Source: a virus (lineage: Duplodnaviria; Caudoviricetes). From it: a DNA stretch of 64,000 bases. The notes under the pieces are model-generated. The model saw only the letters and a list, made by a program, of their open reading frames with translations. It was not told the origin of the DNA and did no database searches. Position 1 is the first letter of the stretch, and each line of letters begins with the position of its first letter. The stretch covers positions 32,001-96,000 of IMG/VR virus record IMGVR_UViG_3300028888_000063; one strand, 5' to 3'. Both the position numbers and the translations under genes were made by a program. This document shows positions 47,472 to 55,988 of the stretch, piece by piece.

Positions 47472-48997
47472 AACGCATCATCCTCTCTTGGCACCACTTG
47501 AATATTAATAGCAGGAACGTCAATTACTGAATATTGATAGTCTGTAACAAATTTAGGTTCAATTTTACAAGTCGCTTTGTTTGAAGTACACCACAATAAA
47601 ACATCTTTATATTTACCACGACGATTTTTATATACTGAAATTTTAGTATCTGGAATTGGATATCCTTGTGTTTCAATTAAAGGTTTTAATGCGTCTAAAT
47701 CATCTTGACTAGCATTGAGCATAATCATACCACTATCTATTTTATCGGCAATAGATTTAGCACCTCTTAAGAGATTCTGGTCATATATTTGAGCTGTCCT
47801 ATATTCAGCATTTAATTGAGTAGCAGTTTCAATAAAAACTCCATATTCAACAGCAAGATCCTTTAAACGGACAGCAATCATGAAAAGAATATTATACTCT
47901 TTTAAACCATCAACTTTTGATTTTCCACTGACCTCAGATAAGATTTTCATACTAGTATGGATATAATCATGAAAAATATATCGAGCATTGAATTCTCTTA
48001 CACCAAACTTAATTGTATTTTCAATATCTTGTAGACTAAAATCTGGGAGACGTTTAATTTGAAGCGGGGAGTCAGCTAAAACCGCTGCCGCATGCTGGAC
48101 CCGCTCAAGCTCACCTGGCTGGTATTGATTATAAAGGATATGATCTTCATTTACATCACTGATAAAAGCTAACATCATAGTTTGAATTTCATCAGCTTGT
48201 TGCTCGGTTGTAATATAGATAGTAGGCTCTTTAGTTCCATTCTTTTCCCATTTATTATTTTTATATAATTCTCCACAAGCAATAGTACAAGCATCAGCAA
48301 TCATTGATCTAGTCTTACCAACGCCAGTTGCCGCAGATCTTAAATATAATTTACCTAAACGGGCGCCGCGCGTTACAGTATTAATTAAATCACCGAATAA
48401 AGGTACTCCAAATTCTGGAATAGTCATCAATCGAGTAATTAATTCTTCGGCGCCTTCCCCTGCTTGAATAAATGAATTATCTGCATTATCAATATATTTA
48501 GCTTTTACTAATTCTATTTTACTATCAATAGTATCAGCGATTTTTTCAATAGGGGTGTTATCTAACCAATCTTCTTGTGCTTGCTTTTTCTTTTGATCAA
48601 AAATGTTATCTACATCATATAACCAAGAAAGATTTAACCCAACTTGTTCTTGATACATACGGAAAAGAGTCATCTTTTTCATACGTTTATAATAATAATC
48701 AAAAGCAGCAACTTGAGTAGTAGTTTTTAACTTTTCAAGATATTCTGCTCCATGATTAGTTTTATATACAGCTAATTTAGTTGGACGCTGTTCAAGATAA
48801 TCTTCAATAGTAGAGGAATCAATGGCGGCCGCTCCTAAAACATGAAGATTATATATACTACCAAAAATAATTTTATGGAACTCTTCAGTGAAATCTTGTT
48901 CAGAAAAATGGTAATTTTCATTATCTAATAAGGCAGGATTCTGATAAATACCACCAATTACTTGTACTATAGCACCAATATCTATATATCGACCCAT
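47468..48997 (-). CDS. dnaB: Replicative DnaB-like helicase
   Basis: AATGVGKT Walker A, TTEQ, HDYIH, TQLN, KNRRG. Confidence 0.88.
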   Translation of the reverse strand: MGRYIDIGAIVQVIGGIYQNPALLDNENYHFSEQDFTEEFHKIIFGSIYNLHVLGAAAIDSSTIEDYLEQRPTKLAVYKTNHGAEYLEKLKTTTQVAAFDYYYKRMKKMTLFRMYQEQVGLNLSWLYDVDNIFDQKKKQAQEDWLDNTPIEKIADTIDSKIELVKAKYIDNADNSFIQAGEGAEELITRLMTIPEFGVPLFGDLINTVTRGARLGKLYLRSAATGVGKTRSMIADACTIACGELYKNNKWEKNGTKEPTIYITTEQQADEIQTMMLAFISDVNEDHILYNQYQPGELERVQHAAAVLADSPLQIKRLPDFSLQDIENTIKFGVREFNARYIFHDYIHTSMKILSEVSGKSKVDGLKEYNILFMIAVRLKDLAVEYGVFIETATQLNAEYRTAQIYDQNLLRGAKSIADKIDSGMIMLNASQDDLDALKPLIETQGYPIPDTKISVYKNRRGKYKDVLLWCTSNKATCKIEPKFVTDYQYSVIDVPAINIQVVPREDDAF

Positions 48998-48998
48998 A

Positions 48999-49508
48999 TT
49001 AATCCTCCCCTAAATCAAATAAACGCGGCGGTTGTACATAAGTTCTAGGTGATTGAATAATCACAGTTGTAGTCTCAAGATTATATGGAGCTGCGCCCGC
49101 ATTTTGTTGTTGCTTTTGGTATAAATCAAAATAATATTTATAAGCTTGTTCATAAATATATGGTAGTATTCCTACAGCCCCATTAGCTTTTTCTTTTGAG
49201 CCGCTATTAATTTCATAATACCATTTTAAAGCTTTATACATTCCACTATAAGTAAAATGATATTTGGTTTTATATGATTCTAATTGTTTTTGTGTTTTGA
49301 CAAATTCAAAGTCGTCTCCCAAAAGTTGGTGCATATAAGCAATTAAATTATCCCAGTCTTCTTGCTCTTGAAGTTCAGCTTTATCTTGCTTTTCATAACA
49401 AGCCTGATGTGCATATCTTTTATTAAGTTTTACAAATTTGATATGTGGATCGTTACGGTCAAAATATTCTCCACAAAATTTACATTTAACCATAGCTTTT
49501 GCTGCCAT
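48999..49508 (-). CDS. Hypothetical protein with N-terminal Zn finger (possible helicase loader)
   Basis: CKFC...HQAC; immediately upstream of the helicase. Confidence 0.5.
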   Translation of the reverse strand: MAAKAMVKCKFCGEYFDRNDPHIKFVKLNKRYAHQACYEKQDKAELQEQEDWDNLIAYMHQLLGDDFEFVKTQKQLESYKTKYHFTYSGMYKALKWYYEINSGSKEKANGAVGILPYIYEQAYKYYFDLYQKQQQNAGAAPYNLETTTVIIQSPRTYVQPPRLFDLGED

Positions 49509-49530
49509 AATATCACCTACTTTATATTAT

Positions 49531-49578
49531 ATTATACCAAAATATAATAAAAAAGTCAAGATTTAATATCTTGACTTT
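49531..49578 (-). promoter_or_regulatory. sigmaA promoter with -35 inside an 11-bp inverted repeat
   Basis: TTGACT-17 bp-TATAAT. Confidence 0.75.
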
Positions 49579-49584
49579 AAAGTT

Positions 49585-50592
49585 TTATTTATTTGCAATT
49601 AGTTCTTTCAAATCATCTACGATAAGAGAAAGAGCTTCTGTTTGTTCTCGGCTCATGTTACCTACTTTATTACCTTTGCCGAGATATCTGTCTGTAATCT
49701 GTTGAATCCGAGGACTCCAGTAAGAACCCATTTCTTCATCAGTAGCACTTTTAATAATTTGTTGAATTAAATCATTGAATTGCTTCATCAAATCATCAAA
49801 ATCGAGTGCTTCTGAAGCAATATGAATATTTTCACGTTTATCAGTGAAAAGCTCAGCTCCATCTTCAGCCATTTGCTGATCAATAGCGTCTGCAATAGCG
49901 TTAACAAGATTTTGATATGTAAAATCAATTACGTCAGGGGTGTATTTAAAGCGGGAACCTGCTTCATAACGAGGCGTACCACGCATAAATAATTTTGTTA
50001 CAAGATTACCATTAGCATCTTCCACTGCGCGGGAATAGCCTATGATATCACACATTCTAGCACAAATATTATTTGCACGCTTGTCTAATGTAGGAACAAT
50101 CTTATTATACTGCTGCTTAGATTCATCTGTAAAGACCTTATCGGTATCATGGGAAATAATAACAAGACCATAGTTCATTTGGACAATAGAACGAAGAGCT
50201 TCATCAAACTCTTTCTCAATCATTCCATATCCTTTTCCGTAAGGAATATCTGAAACAGAATCTGCATTATTATTTGCACACACATATTTTGTACAAAGAT
50301 CATAAGCAATATCGGCTGTATCAACTATAATTGTTTCATACATAGTTTGGGCTTTAGGGTCTTTCAACTGGCGCAAAGTGCGTTTAAAATCAGACCAAGA
50401 TTCAAGCGGGAGTGCCATAACTCCAGGAATTGCAGCGTAGCCTTTTTCAAATGCAAGGAGTAGAGCTTTAGGAAATTTGGCGGCTATCGTAGTTTTGCCA
50501 GTTTTCCAACCTCCATAAAGAAACACAGAATAACCTCTAAGATCGCGGGAGACTTGATGCGGTTGAATATTAAAAATATCAATATTTGCCAT
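49585..50592 (-). CDS. Sak4-like/AAA_24 ATPase (ssDNA annealing recombinase)
   Basis: YGGWKTGKTT, IIVDT, YGKGY, IISH, DIIGY, AGSRF. Confidence 0.8.
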   Translation of the reverse strand: MANIDIFNIQPHQVSRDLRGYSVFLYGGWKTGKTTIAAKFPKALLLAFEKGYAAIPGVMALPLESWSDFKRTLRQLKDPKAQTMYETIIVDTADIAYDLCTKYVCANNNADSVSDIPYGKGYGMIEKEFDEALRSIVQMNYGLVIISHDTDKVFTDESKQQYNKIVPTLDKRANNICARMCDIIGYSRAVEDANGNLVTKLFMRGTPRYEAGSRFKYTPDVIDFTYQNLVNAIADAIDQQMAEDGAELFTDKRENIHIASEALDFDDLMKQFNDLIQQIIKSATDEEMGSYWSPRIQQITDRYLGKGNKVGNMSREQTEALSLIVDDLKELIANK

Positions 50593-50614
50593 TTTTACTC
50601 TCCTTTAGGTAGAA

Positions 50615-50640
50615 CTAAGTTAGGTTGATACCTAACTTAG
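50615..50640 (-). terminator. Hairpin after SSB-like gene
   Basis: ctaagttaggt-tgat-acctaacttag. Confidence 0.6.
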
Positions 50641-51608
50641 AACTTAAACCCACCACTGGGGATGGCTGCCGCCGGAGCAGGAGCTGCCGCAAATGTTGTA
50701 CCAGAGGTTTTATTTGCGTTTGCATAATACTCAACGCTTCTCTGCTTAACCTCAGCCAACATAACATTGCGGTTTTCCATGCCTTTTGTGATATCCTCTG
50801 CAGTGAGGATGTCAGGATTACCAAAATCATATGGAAGTTTATTGGCTGTATCAACAACCCATTCTCTAACTCTACGCTCTGTTACATCTACTGCATCTTC
50901 ACCGAATGCAGATTCAACAGTTTTTTCAATTTTAACTGTACGATTTTCAATATGACCTCTAACACCAGTGTACATTGGATTGCTAGGATCAATTCCTGCA
51001 TTCTCGAAATATTTCATACCTTCTGGCTTTTTAATTACAAAAGTAATAGGAAGAATATCATTTCGATAATTGAAGATACATCCTTTAAGCTGAAGATAAT
51101 CCTGCATAATTCCACGTTCTTCATTTGCATCGACATGAATTACGTTAGTAATCAACATATCTGCTTGAAAAGAACAACGTGTGGAGCCTTCCTCTTTCAG
51201 ATCTGCAGGACCACGCAGGATTGTCACGAAACCGCCCTCATGGCGTGGGGTGCTAACCAATTCATCCTGTCCCTGGGGATAAAAATCATTCAGAGCAATA
51301 CTCGGAGTAAGTCTAACACAAGTTGCATTTTCGATACCATCATTCATAATGGTTTTGCCATTATCAATAATCTGTTTCAGAGCATTATAGGATACATTTC
51401 CCTTACCCTGTTTAGTAGTGGCAGTTACATAAGAATAATGCACCTGAATAACATTCAAGCCTGCATCATCTGTTGCAACATCGATTGTGCCATTAATAAA
51501 TTCTTTACCATAGTTTTCGCTATTTTTATTTTCAACTGTTCTGATAGCGAGATCATGAGTATAAATCCGGCCCTCGATAACTTCAGTATTAGTATTTTTT
51601 CTTGCCAT
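50637..51608 (-). CDS. Putative single-stranded DNA-binding protein
   Basis: 323 aa, beta-rich with flexible tail ending in Phe, next to Sak4-like gene; own promoter. Confidence 0.55.
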   Translation of the reverse strand: MARKNTNTEVIEGRIYTHDLAIRTVENKNSENYGKEFINGTIDVATDDAGLNVIQVHYSYVTATTKQGKGNVSYNALKQIIDNGKTIMNDGIENATCVRLTPSIALNDFYPQGQDELVSTPRHEGGFVTILRGPADLKEEGSTRCSFQADMLITNVIHVDANEERGIMQDYLQLKGCIFNYRNDILPITFVIKKPEGMKYFENAGIDPSNPMYTGVRGHIENRTVKIEKTVESAFGEDAVDVTERRVREWVVDTANKLPYDFGNPDILTAEDITKGMENRNVMLAEVKQRSVEYYANANKTSGTTFAAAPAPAAAIPSGGFKF

Positions 51609-51640
51609 AAATAGTAGTCTCCTTAGTAGTTTATATAAAT

Positions 51641-51669
51641 ATTATATCATTTATTTTCTATATTGTCAA
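51641..51669 (-). promoter_or_regulatory. sigmaA promoter
   Basis: TTGACA-17 bp-TATAAT with TG. Confidence 0.8.
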
Positions 51670-51991
51670 GATCTAGGGCGAGCCCCTTCTCTGTTATTTT
51701 ATATGAGATAGGTGTTGAAGAACCAATTTTTTCTACAAAACCATCATTTAGAAGTTTTCGCATAGTGCCAGAAATAGATCTAGTATTCATATTAATATTT
51801 TCAGATAACATTTTTGCTGTGAAAATATAATCTTTATCTTGATTCTGTAGAAGTTTTAGCACTTCTGCGCCTTTTTTCGTTAGCAACTTTTCTTCTTTCA
51901 ATCCATTAAAAAATTGCATAGCTTCATCGCTTAACGGGTTAGTAGTAATTAAATTAGAAATCTCTGAAATAAATTTTTCTTTAGCAGTCAT
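51647..51991 (-). CDS. Winged-helix DNA-binding protein
   Basis: FTAKML...RSISGTMRKLLNDGFVEK...YKITEKG. Confidence 0.75.
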   Translation of the reverse strand: MTAKEKFISEISNLITTNPLSDEAMQFFNGLKEEKLLTKKGAEVLKLLQNQDKDYIFTAKMLSENINMNTRSISGTMRKLLNDGFVEKIGSSTPISYKITEKGLALDLDNIENK

Positions 51992-52023
51992 AATAGTAAT
52001 TCCTTTTCTTATTTTGTATATAT

Positions 52024-52052
52024 ATTATATCATAAAAAAGAAAATTTGTCAA
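52024..52052 (-). promoter_or_regulatory. sigmaA promoter
   Basis: TTGACA-17 bp-TATAAT with TG. Confidence 0.8.
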
Positions 52053-53273
52053 TTACTCATCTTTGAGACATAAATTCAATAAAACGCCCGCCAAGAGAGC
52101 TAAAGCTGTACCACTAATTGAAAAGTCTCCAGATCCTAAAACAACTCCACTAATACCAAGAGATAACACGACAGAACAAATAATTAAATTTTTCTGAACA
52201 TTTAAATCTACTTGCTTTAACATTTTAATACCACTGGAACTAATAAATCCATAAAGCACGCAAGCGGTACCGCCGCCAATTACACAACTAGGAATTGAAG
52301 AGATAAAAGCTTGTATTGGTTCAAGGAATCCAAGCAAAATCATCATAATGGCTGCAGTAACCGTAGTTTTTACAGATGCGCATTTACTGAAGCCTACTGC
52401 TGCGACACCTTCGCCATATGAGCAGGCGCCAAGTCCACCAAAATATGATGTCATAATATTTGCTAAACCTTCACCTACAAAAATTCTACCTAAACCTGGA
52501 GTTTTATATAGGTCTTCGCCGACAATATTACCTAATGCTGCGTGATCACTTAAGCATTCACAAATAGCACTAACTGTAAAAGCTATATAAATTACAATAA
52601 TTGGTATTAATGTCTTAAAAGATATTGGTTGCCATTTAGTAAAAGCTAAAACAGGGAGTTTAATTAAACTAATATTATTAAATTTACTAAAATCTACCAA
52701 ACCAAAAGGAATAGCCACCAAATAACCAACCAATGTTCCAATCAGGAATGGGAACATGGAAAGCGCACCTTTAAGATAATGGCTTGCTAAAGCTATTGCT
52801 AATACTGTAATTAAAGCAATAAATATACCTACATTACCTGTATCCCCAATATATCCCGGAATAAATCCCATTAAATTTATACCAATTACAATAGTTACAG
52901 AACCAATTAAAACCTTTGGCATAAACTTATAAAGATTATCAATAGAAAAGGTAGAAAATAAAAGACCAAATAAACTATATACTAATGCAGTAACCAAACC
53001 ACCAACTGCGACCGCCGTATATCCTCCTGCGGCAAGTGCTGCAAGAACAGGAGCAACAAAAGCCCCGCTATTAGAAATAAACATTGGTGATTTAAATTTA
53101 GTCATTAAGCTGTAAACAAGTGTGGCGGCGCCTGCGCCAATAAAAGCGCCAGATAATTCGACTCCACAAATTTGAGCAATTAAAGCAGTAGCAGTGAAAA
53201 CACTTAATAAAATTTGTAAACTAAAAAGTAATAATTTTCCAATTGGAGGAGTATCATCAATTTTATAAACCAT
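52053..53273 (-). CDS. uraA: Uracil/xanthine permease (NCS2 family)
   Basis: Polytopic membrane protein; SNSGAF, ECLSDH, GEGLAN, SYGE, IPSCVIGG, LYGFI motifs. Confidence 0.88.
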   Translation of the reverse strand: MVYKIDDTPPIGKLLLFSLQILLSVFTATALIAQICGVELSGAFIGAGAATLVYSLMTKFKSPMFISNSGAFVAPVLAALAAGGYTAVAVGGLVTALVYSLFGLLFSTFSIDNLYKFMPKVLIGSVTIVIGINLMGFIPGYIGDTGNVGIFIALITVLAIALASHYLKGALSMFPFLIGTLVGYLVAIPFGLVDFSKFNNISLIKLPVLAFTKWQPISFKTLIPIIVIYIAFTVSAICECLSDHAALGNIVGEDLYKTPGLGRIFVGEGLANIMTSYFGGLGACSYGEGVAAVGFSKCASVKTTVTAAIMMILLGFLEPIQAFISSIPSCVIGGGTACVLYGFISSSGIKMLKQVDLNVQKNLIICSVVLSLGISGVVLGSGDFSISGTALALLAGVLLNLCLKDE

Positions 53274-53275
53274 AA

Positions 53276-53779
53276 TTATTTAAACTTCCTTATATTTTCA
53301 ATAACATCATCAATATTATCAACAAGTACGCCTGCTTGTTTAATAAGACCTGTTACATAAAGATTTTGATAGGAGTATTGTTGTTCACCGAGAGAGGCGC
53401 GGCCGCCCGCATCTTTAGCATCGCTATGAGTGTTATAGCATTGCCGCGTGTCAGTACAAATTCCAATAATTAATTTATGATCACCGCGTTCAATTTTTTC
53501 ATGAAATTTACCAATCTCTGCGCAGGTTCCAGAAGGAAGAACATCACCATCAATACAAGCAATTAAAATATCTGTATTATTTAAACGAACATTATCTCCA
53601 TTTGCGATCTCTTGAGAACCAGCAAATTTTTTCTTACCTTCAACACCATTAATTTCAGTGTTTTCTACAGGACTATATACATAAGCATCTGGAAATGCTT
53701 CACGAATTTTATTAGCCCATTCGATATTTCTTAAATAATCGCCATAAAAGAAAATAGGTCCAGCTAAATAAATATTCAC
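53276..53779 (-). CDS. Nucleoside 2-deoxyribosyltransferase family protein
   Basis: IYLAGPIF, YSP, D...DILIA, SGTCAEIG, NLYVTG. Confidence 0.85.
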   Translation of the reverse strand: MNIYLAGPIFFYGDYLRNIEWANKIREAFPDAYVYSPVENTEINGVEGKKKFAGSQEIANGDNVRLNNTDILIACIDGDVLPSGTCAEIGKFHEKIERGDHKLIIGICTDTRQCYNTHSDAKDAGGRASLGEQQYSYQNLYVTGLIKQAGVLVDNIDDVIENIRKFK

Positions 53780-54114
53780 AGTCTAACATCACTCCAATAA
53801 AGTATATTTTTATTTAACATTTCTGCAAACTCAATTTCTCGTTTAGTAGATTTTCCAATATAATGATCTTGATCTATAACATAAATAAGATCAGCATCTT
53901 TAATTTTCATCCGATGAACTAAATCCAATAAATTTTTTTCTTCATCGGTAATTGGAGTTACTTCATCTGCATGATGAAAAATACAAGGCATAGTAACAAT
54001 TGCGCCTTTTAGAGTTAGTTCTTGTGCTACTTTTATAAAAGTTTCTTTAAATTTTGTACTGCCGCATAAACAAATTTTTGCTCCAAAATATGGGGATGCG
54101 AGAATATCTTCCAT
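53776..54114 (-). CDS. Small Rossmann-like protein (NDT-related)
   Basis: ICLCGSTKF...KIKDADLIYV...YIGKSTKREIEFA. Confidence 0.55.
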   Translation of the reverse strand: MEDILASPYFGAKICLCGSTKFKETFIKVAQELTLKGAIVTMPCIFHHADEVTPITDEEKNLLDLVHRMKIKDADLIYVIDQDHYIGKSTKREIEFAEMLNKNILYWSDVRL

Positions 54115-54116
54115 AA

Positions 54117-54437
54117 TTACTCCTCTTTAAGAATACAATTTTTTTCAACATGTTTTGCATTTAAAGATTCTATAATTTTATATCCTTCCCAAGGATATAC
54201 TCTATCTTCATCTGGGGAAATAAGTCCTCTTATATCATAATAGTAGTCATCAATTTTAGTAAAAAAATGATTTGCTACAGGATCATAATAAATAATTCCA
54301 TTAAATCGCTCTTCAAGATTCTTTGCAAACCAATAACAATTACCATGAAGAAAAGAATCTTCTAATTCTTTTGGGTTACGTTCTTTAAAAGCGTTAATAA
54401 AATGAAGGACTGTTACCATATCGGTCATTCTTGTCAT
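54117..54437 (-). CDS. Hypothetical protein
   Basis: 106 aa; GNCYWFA...NHF...YYDIRG. Confidence 0.6.
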   Translation of the reverse strand: MTRMTDMVTVLHFINAFKERNPKELEDSFLHGNCYWFAKNLEERFNGIIYYDPVANHFFTKIDDYYYDIRGLISPDEDRVYPWEGYKIIESLNAKHVEKNCILKEE

Positions 54438-55360
54438 TTATTACCCTCATTTCCATTAAAACCAAATTCTTTTGCCTGATAAAGTTGAATAAAGTATCGT
54501 TCTTTAGCATCTAAATCTTCTCTTGAACACTCTTCTAGTAATTCAAAAGTAAAATTTTCTAATCCATCTTCTTGCATGGCTTTATATAATTTATTTCCTG
54601 GTGGAGTGTCAATACCTAGTCCACATTTACAGTGGTCATTCCAACGTTTATAAATATCAACACTTTGCCCTATATAACAAGCATTAGTTAAAATATCTGT
54701 AATTTTATAGATCCCGCATTTAGTTTTCTCTTGTAGAATAATAGGAAATTTATTTTTGGCTAATGGTTGCCAATAGGTTTGCCAGATAAGCATAGATAAA
54801 ATTCTAGGTTTATGCAGAGATTTTTTTACTCGCTCTAAAGCTTGAATATCATCTAAATCTGAATCAGAGGGAATTAATCTGTATGCGTCTTTATTTTCTT
54901 TTATTTCATGTTCTTTTAATAAAGCTTGTTGTGCGGCCGCCCTAGTTTGTGCTATGGAATTTAGTTTTTCTTGCTCTATGTTAACTGCTTTTTTAAGATT
55001 ATCAATTTTATCTTGATAATCATTATCTGCTTGTTCATAAGCTTGGTCAAGAGTATCACAATAAGATTCAAAAGCTTGATTAACTAGAGTTCGTTGTGCG
55101 TTTGAAGTGGCGGCGACCGTATCTTTTAATCTTTTTAATTCTTCCTGTTGAGCATCTATATTGCCTTGCAATCTATTGTTCATTTGAAAGAGTTCGTCTT
55201 TTTCTTTTTGTAGTGTTGAAGTAGCTAATTCTAAATCATGTTGTTCTGATTTTAAAATTGCATTTCTTTTTTCAACTTGAGTATTGATTTTGTGCCGTGA
55301 AATAAAAGCATAAAGACATAGAATAAATAGAATTCCTATAATAATAATTTTTATATCCAT
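54434..55360 (-). CDS. Membrane-anchored coiled-coil protein with C-terminal GIY-YIG domain
   Basis: N-terminal TM (IIIIGILFILCLYAFI), long coiled coil, CGIYKIT...YIGQSVDIYKRW...E...GFN. Confidence 0.75.
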   Translation of the reverse strand: MDIKIIIIGILFILCLYAFISRHKINTQVEKRNAILKSEQHDLELATSTLQKEKDELFQMNNRLQGNIDAQQEELKRLKDTVAATSNAQRTLVNQAFESYCDTLDQAYEQADNDYQDKIDNLKKAVNIEQEKLNSIAQTRAAAQQALLKEHEIKENKDAYRLIPSDSDLDDIQALERVKKSLHKPRILSMLIWQTYWQPLAKNKFPIILQEKTKCGIYKITDILTNACYIGQSVDIYKRWNDHCKCGLGIDTPPGNKLYKAMQEDGLENFTFELLEECSREDLDAKERYFIQLYQAKEFGFNGNEGNK

Positions 55361-55379
55361 AGTCTTTATATAGAAAAAT

Positions 55380-55403
55380 GGGGTTGGGCAATAACCCAAC
55401 CCA
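55380..55403 (-). terminator. Intrinsic terminator
   Basis: gggttggg...cccaaccc hairpin with T-run on the minus strand. Confidence 0.7.
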
Positions 55404-55421
55404 ATTTGTTAAATCTCTATA

Positions 55422-55685
55422 TTACTCTGCGGGAGCAGAAGGATCAAAAACTCTGCCTTCATCAGTCAGCTTAATAAGCTTAACCTTCTCATGAGTGCCA
55501 TCAGCAAGCTCCATCTCAGCCTCGACACGCTCTGTCAGACCCTTGCGCTGGAAGGAAGTAATAGAACCATTAACAGACTTAACATTGCGACCAAGTGCTT
55601 CAGCGATATCCTTTGCAGTAAAATCCTCGCCATCATGCTTTTTAATATAATCAAAAATTTCAACAGTTTCCGGTTTCATAGCCAT
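55422..55685 (-). CDS. Small winged-helix DNA-binding protein (MarR-like)
   Basis: FTAKDIAEALGRNVKSVNG...RKGLTER...LTDEG; own promoter and terminator. Confidence 0.75.
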   Translation of the reverse strand: MAMKPETVEIFDYIKKHDGEDFTAKDIAEALGRNVKSVNGSITSFQRKGLTERVEAEMELADGTHEKVKLIKLTDEGRVFDPSAPAE

Positions 55686-55776
55686 AATAATTTTTTCTCC
55701 TTAAAATAAATCAATAAATAAAATAATAATAAATTTAATATTGGGCGAGATTATTACCACCCTTTATTATATACAA

Positions 55777-55805
55777 ATTATATCAAAAAATTTCTTTATT
55801 GTCAA
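55777..55805 (-). promoter_or_regulatory. sigmaA promoter
   Basis: TTGACA-17 bp-TATAAT with TG. Confidence 0.8.
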
Positions 55806-55959
55806 TATACTCTGTAATCTTAATTAAATCATTAAGTGGTATAGTCTGCATATAATTTTGAATTTTTTCTTCGTTTAATTCAATATCTTTGCCCAATTCT
55901 ATCTCGCGCTCAGCATTTATAATTTTCTGAGCAATAATTTTGAGTTCTTGCTTTCTCAT
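55783..55959 (-). CDS. Small hypothetical protein (58 aa, MRKQELKIIAQKIINAERE...), missed by ORF track
   Basis: Fills the gap after ligase; promoter TTGATA-17-TATAAT at 55971-55999 just upstream; no SD. Confidence 0.55.
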   Translation of the reverse strand: MRKQELKIIAQKIINAEREIELGKDIELNEEKIQNYMQTIPLNDLIKITEYIDNKEIF

Positions 55960-55988
55960 CTTGTGAATATATTATATCAAAAAATTTT

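Noticed and set aside
50625-51614. 329-aa plus-strand ORF and other short antisense or overlapping ORFs in the track
   Set aside because: They shadow well-supported genes on the opposite strand or frame and lack SD sites or motifs.
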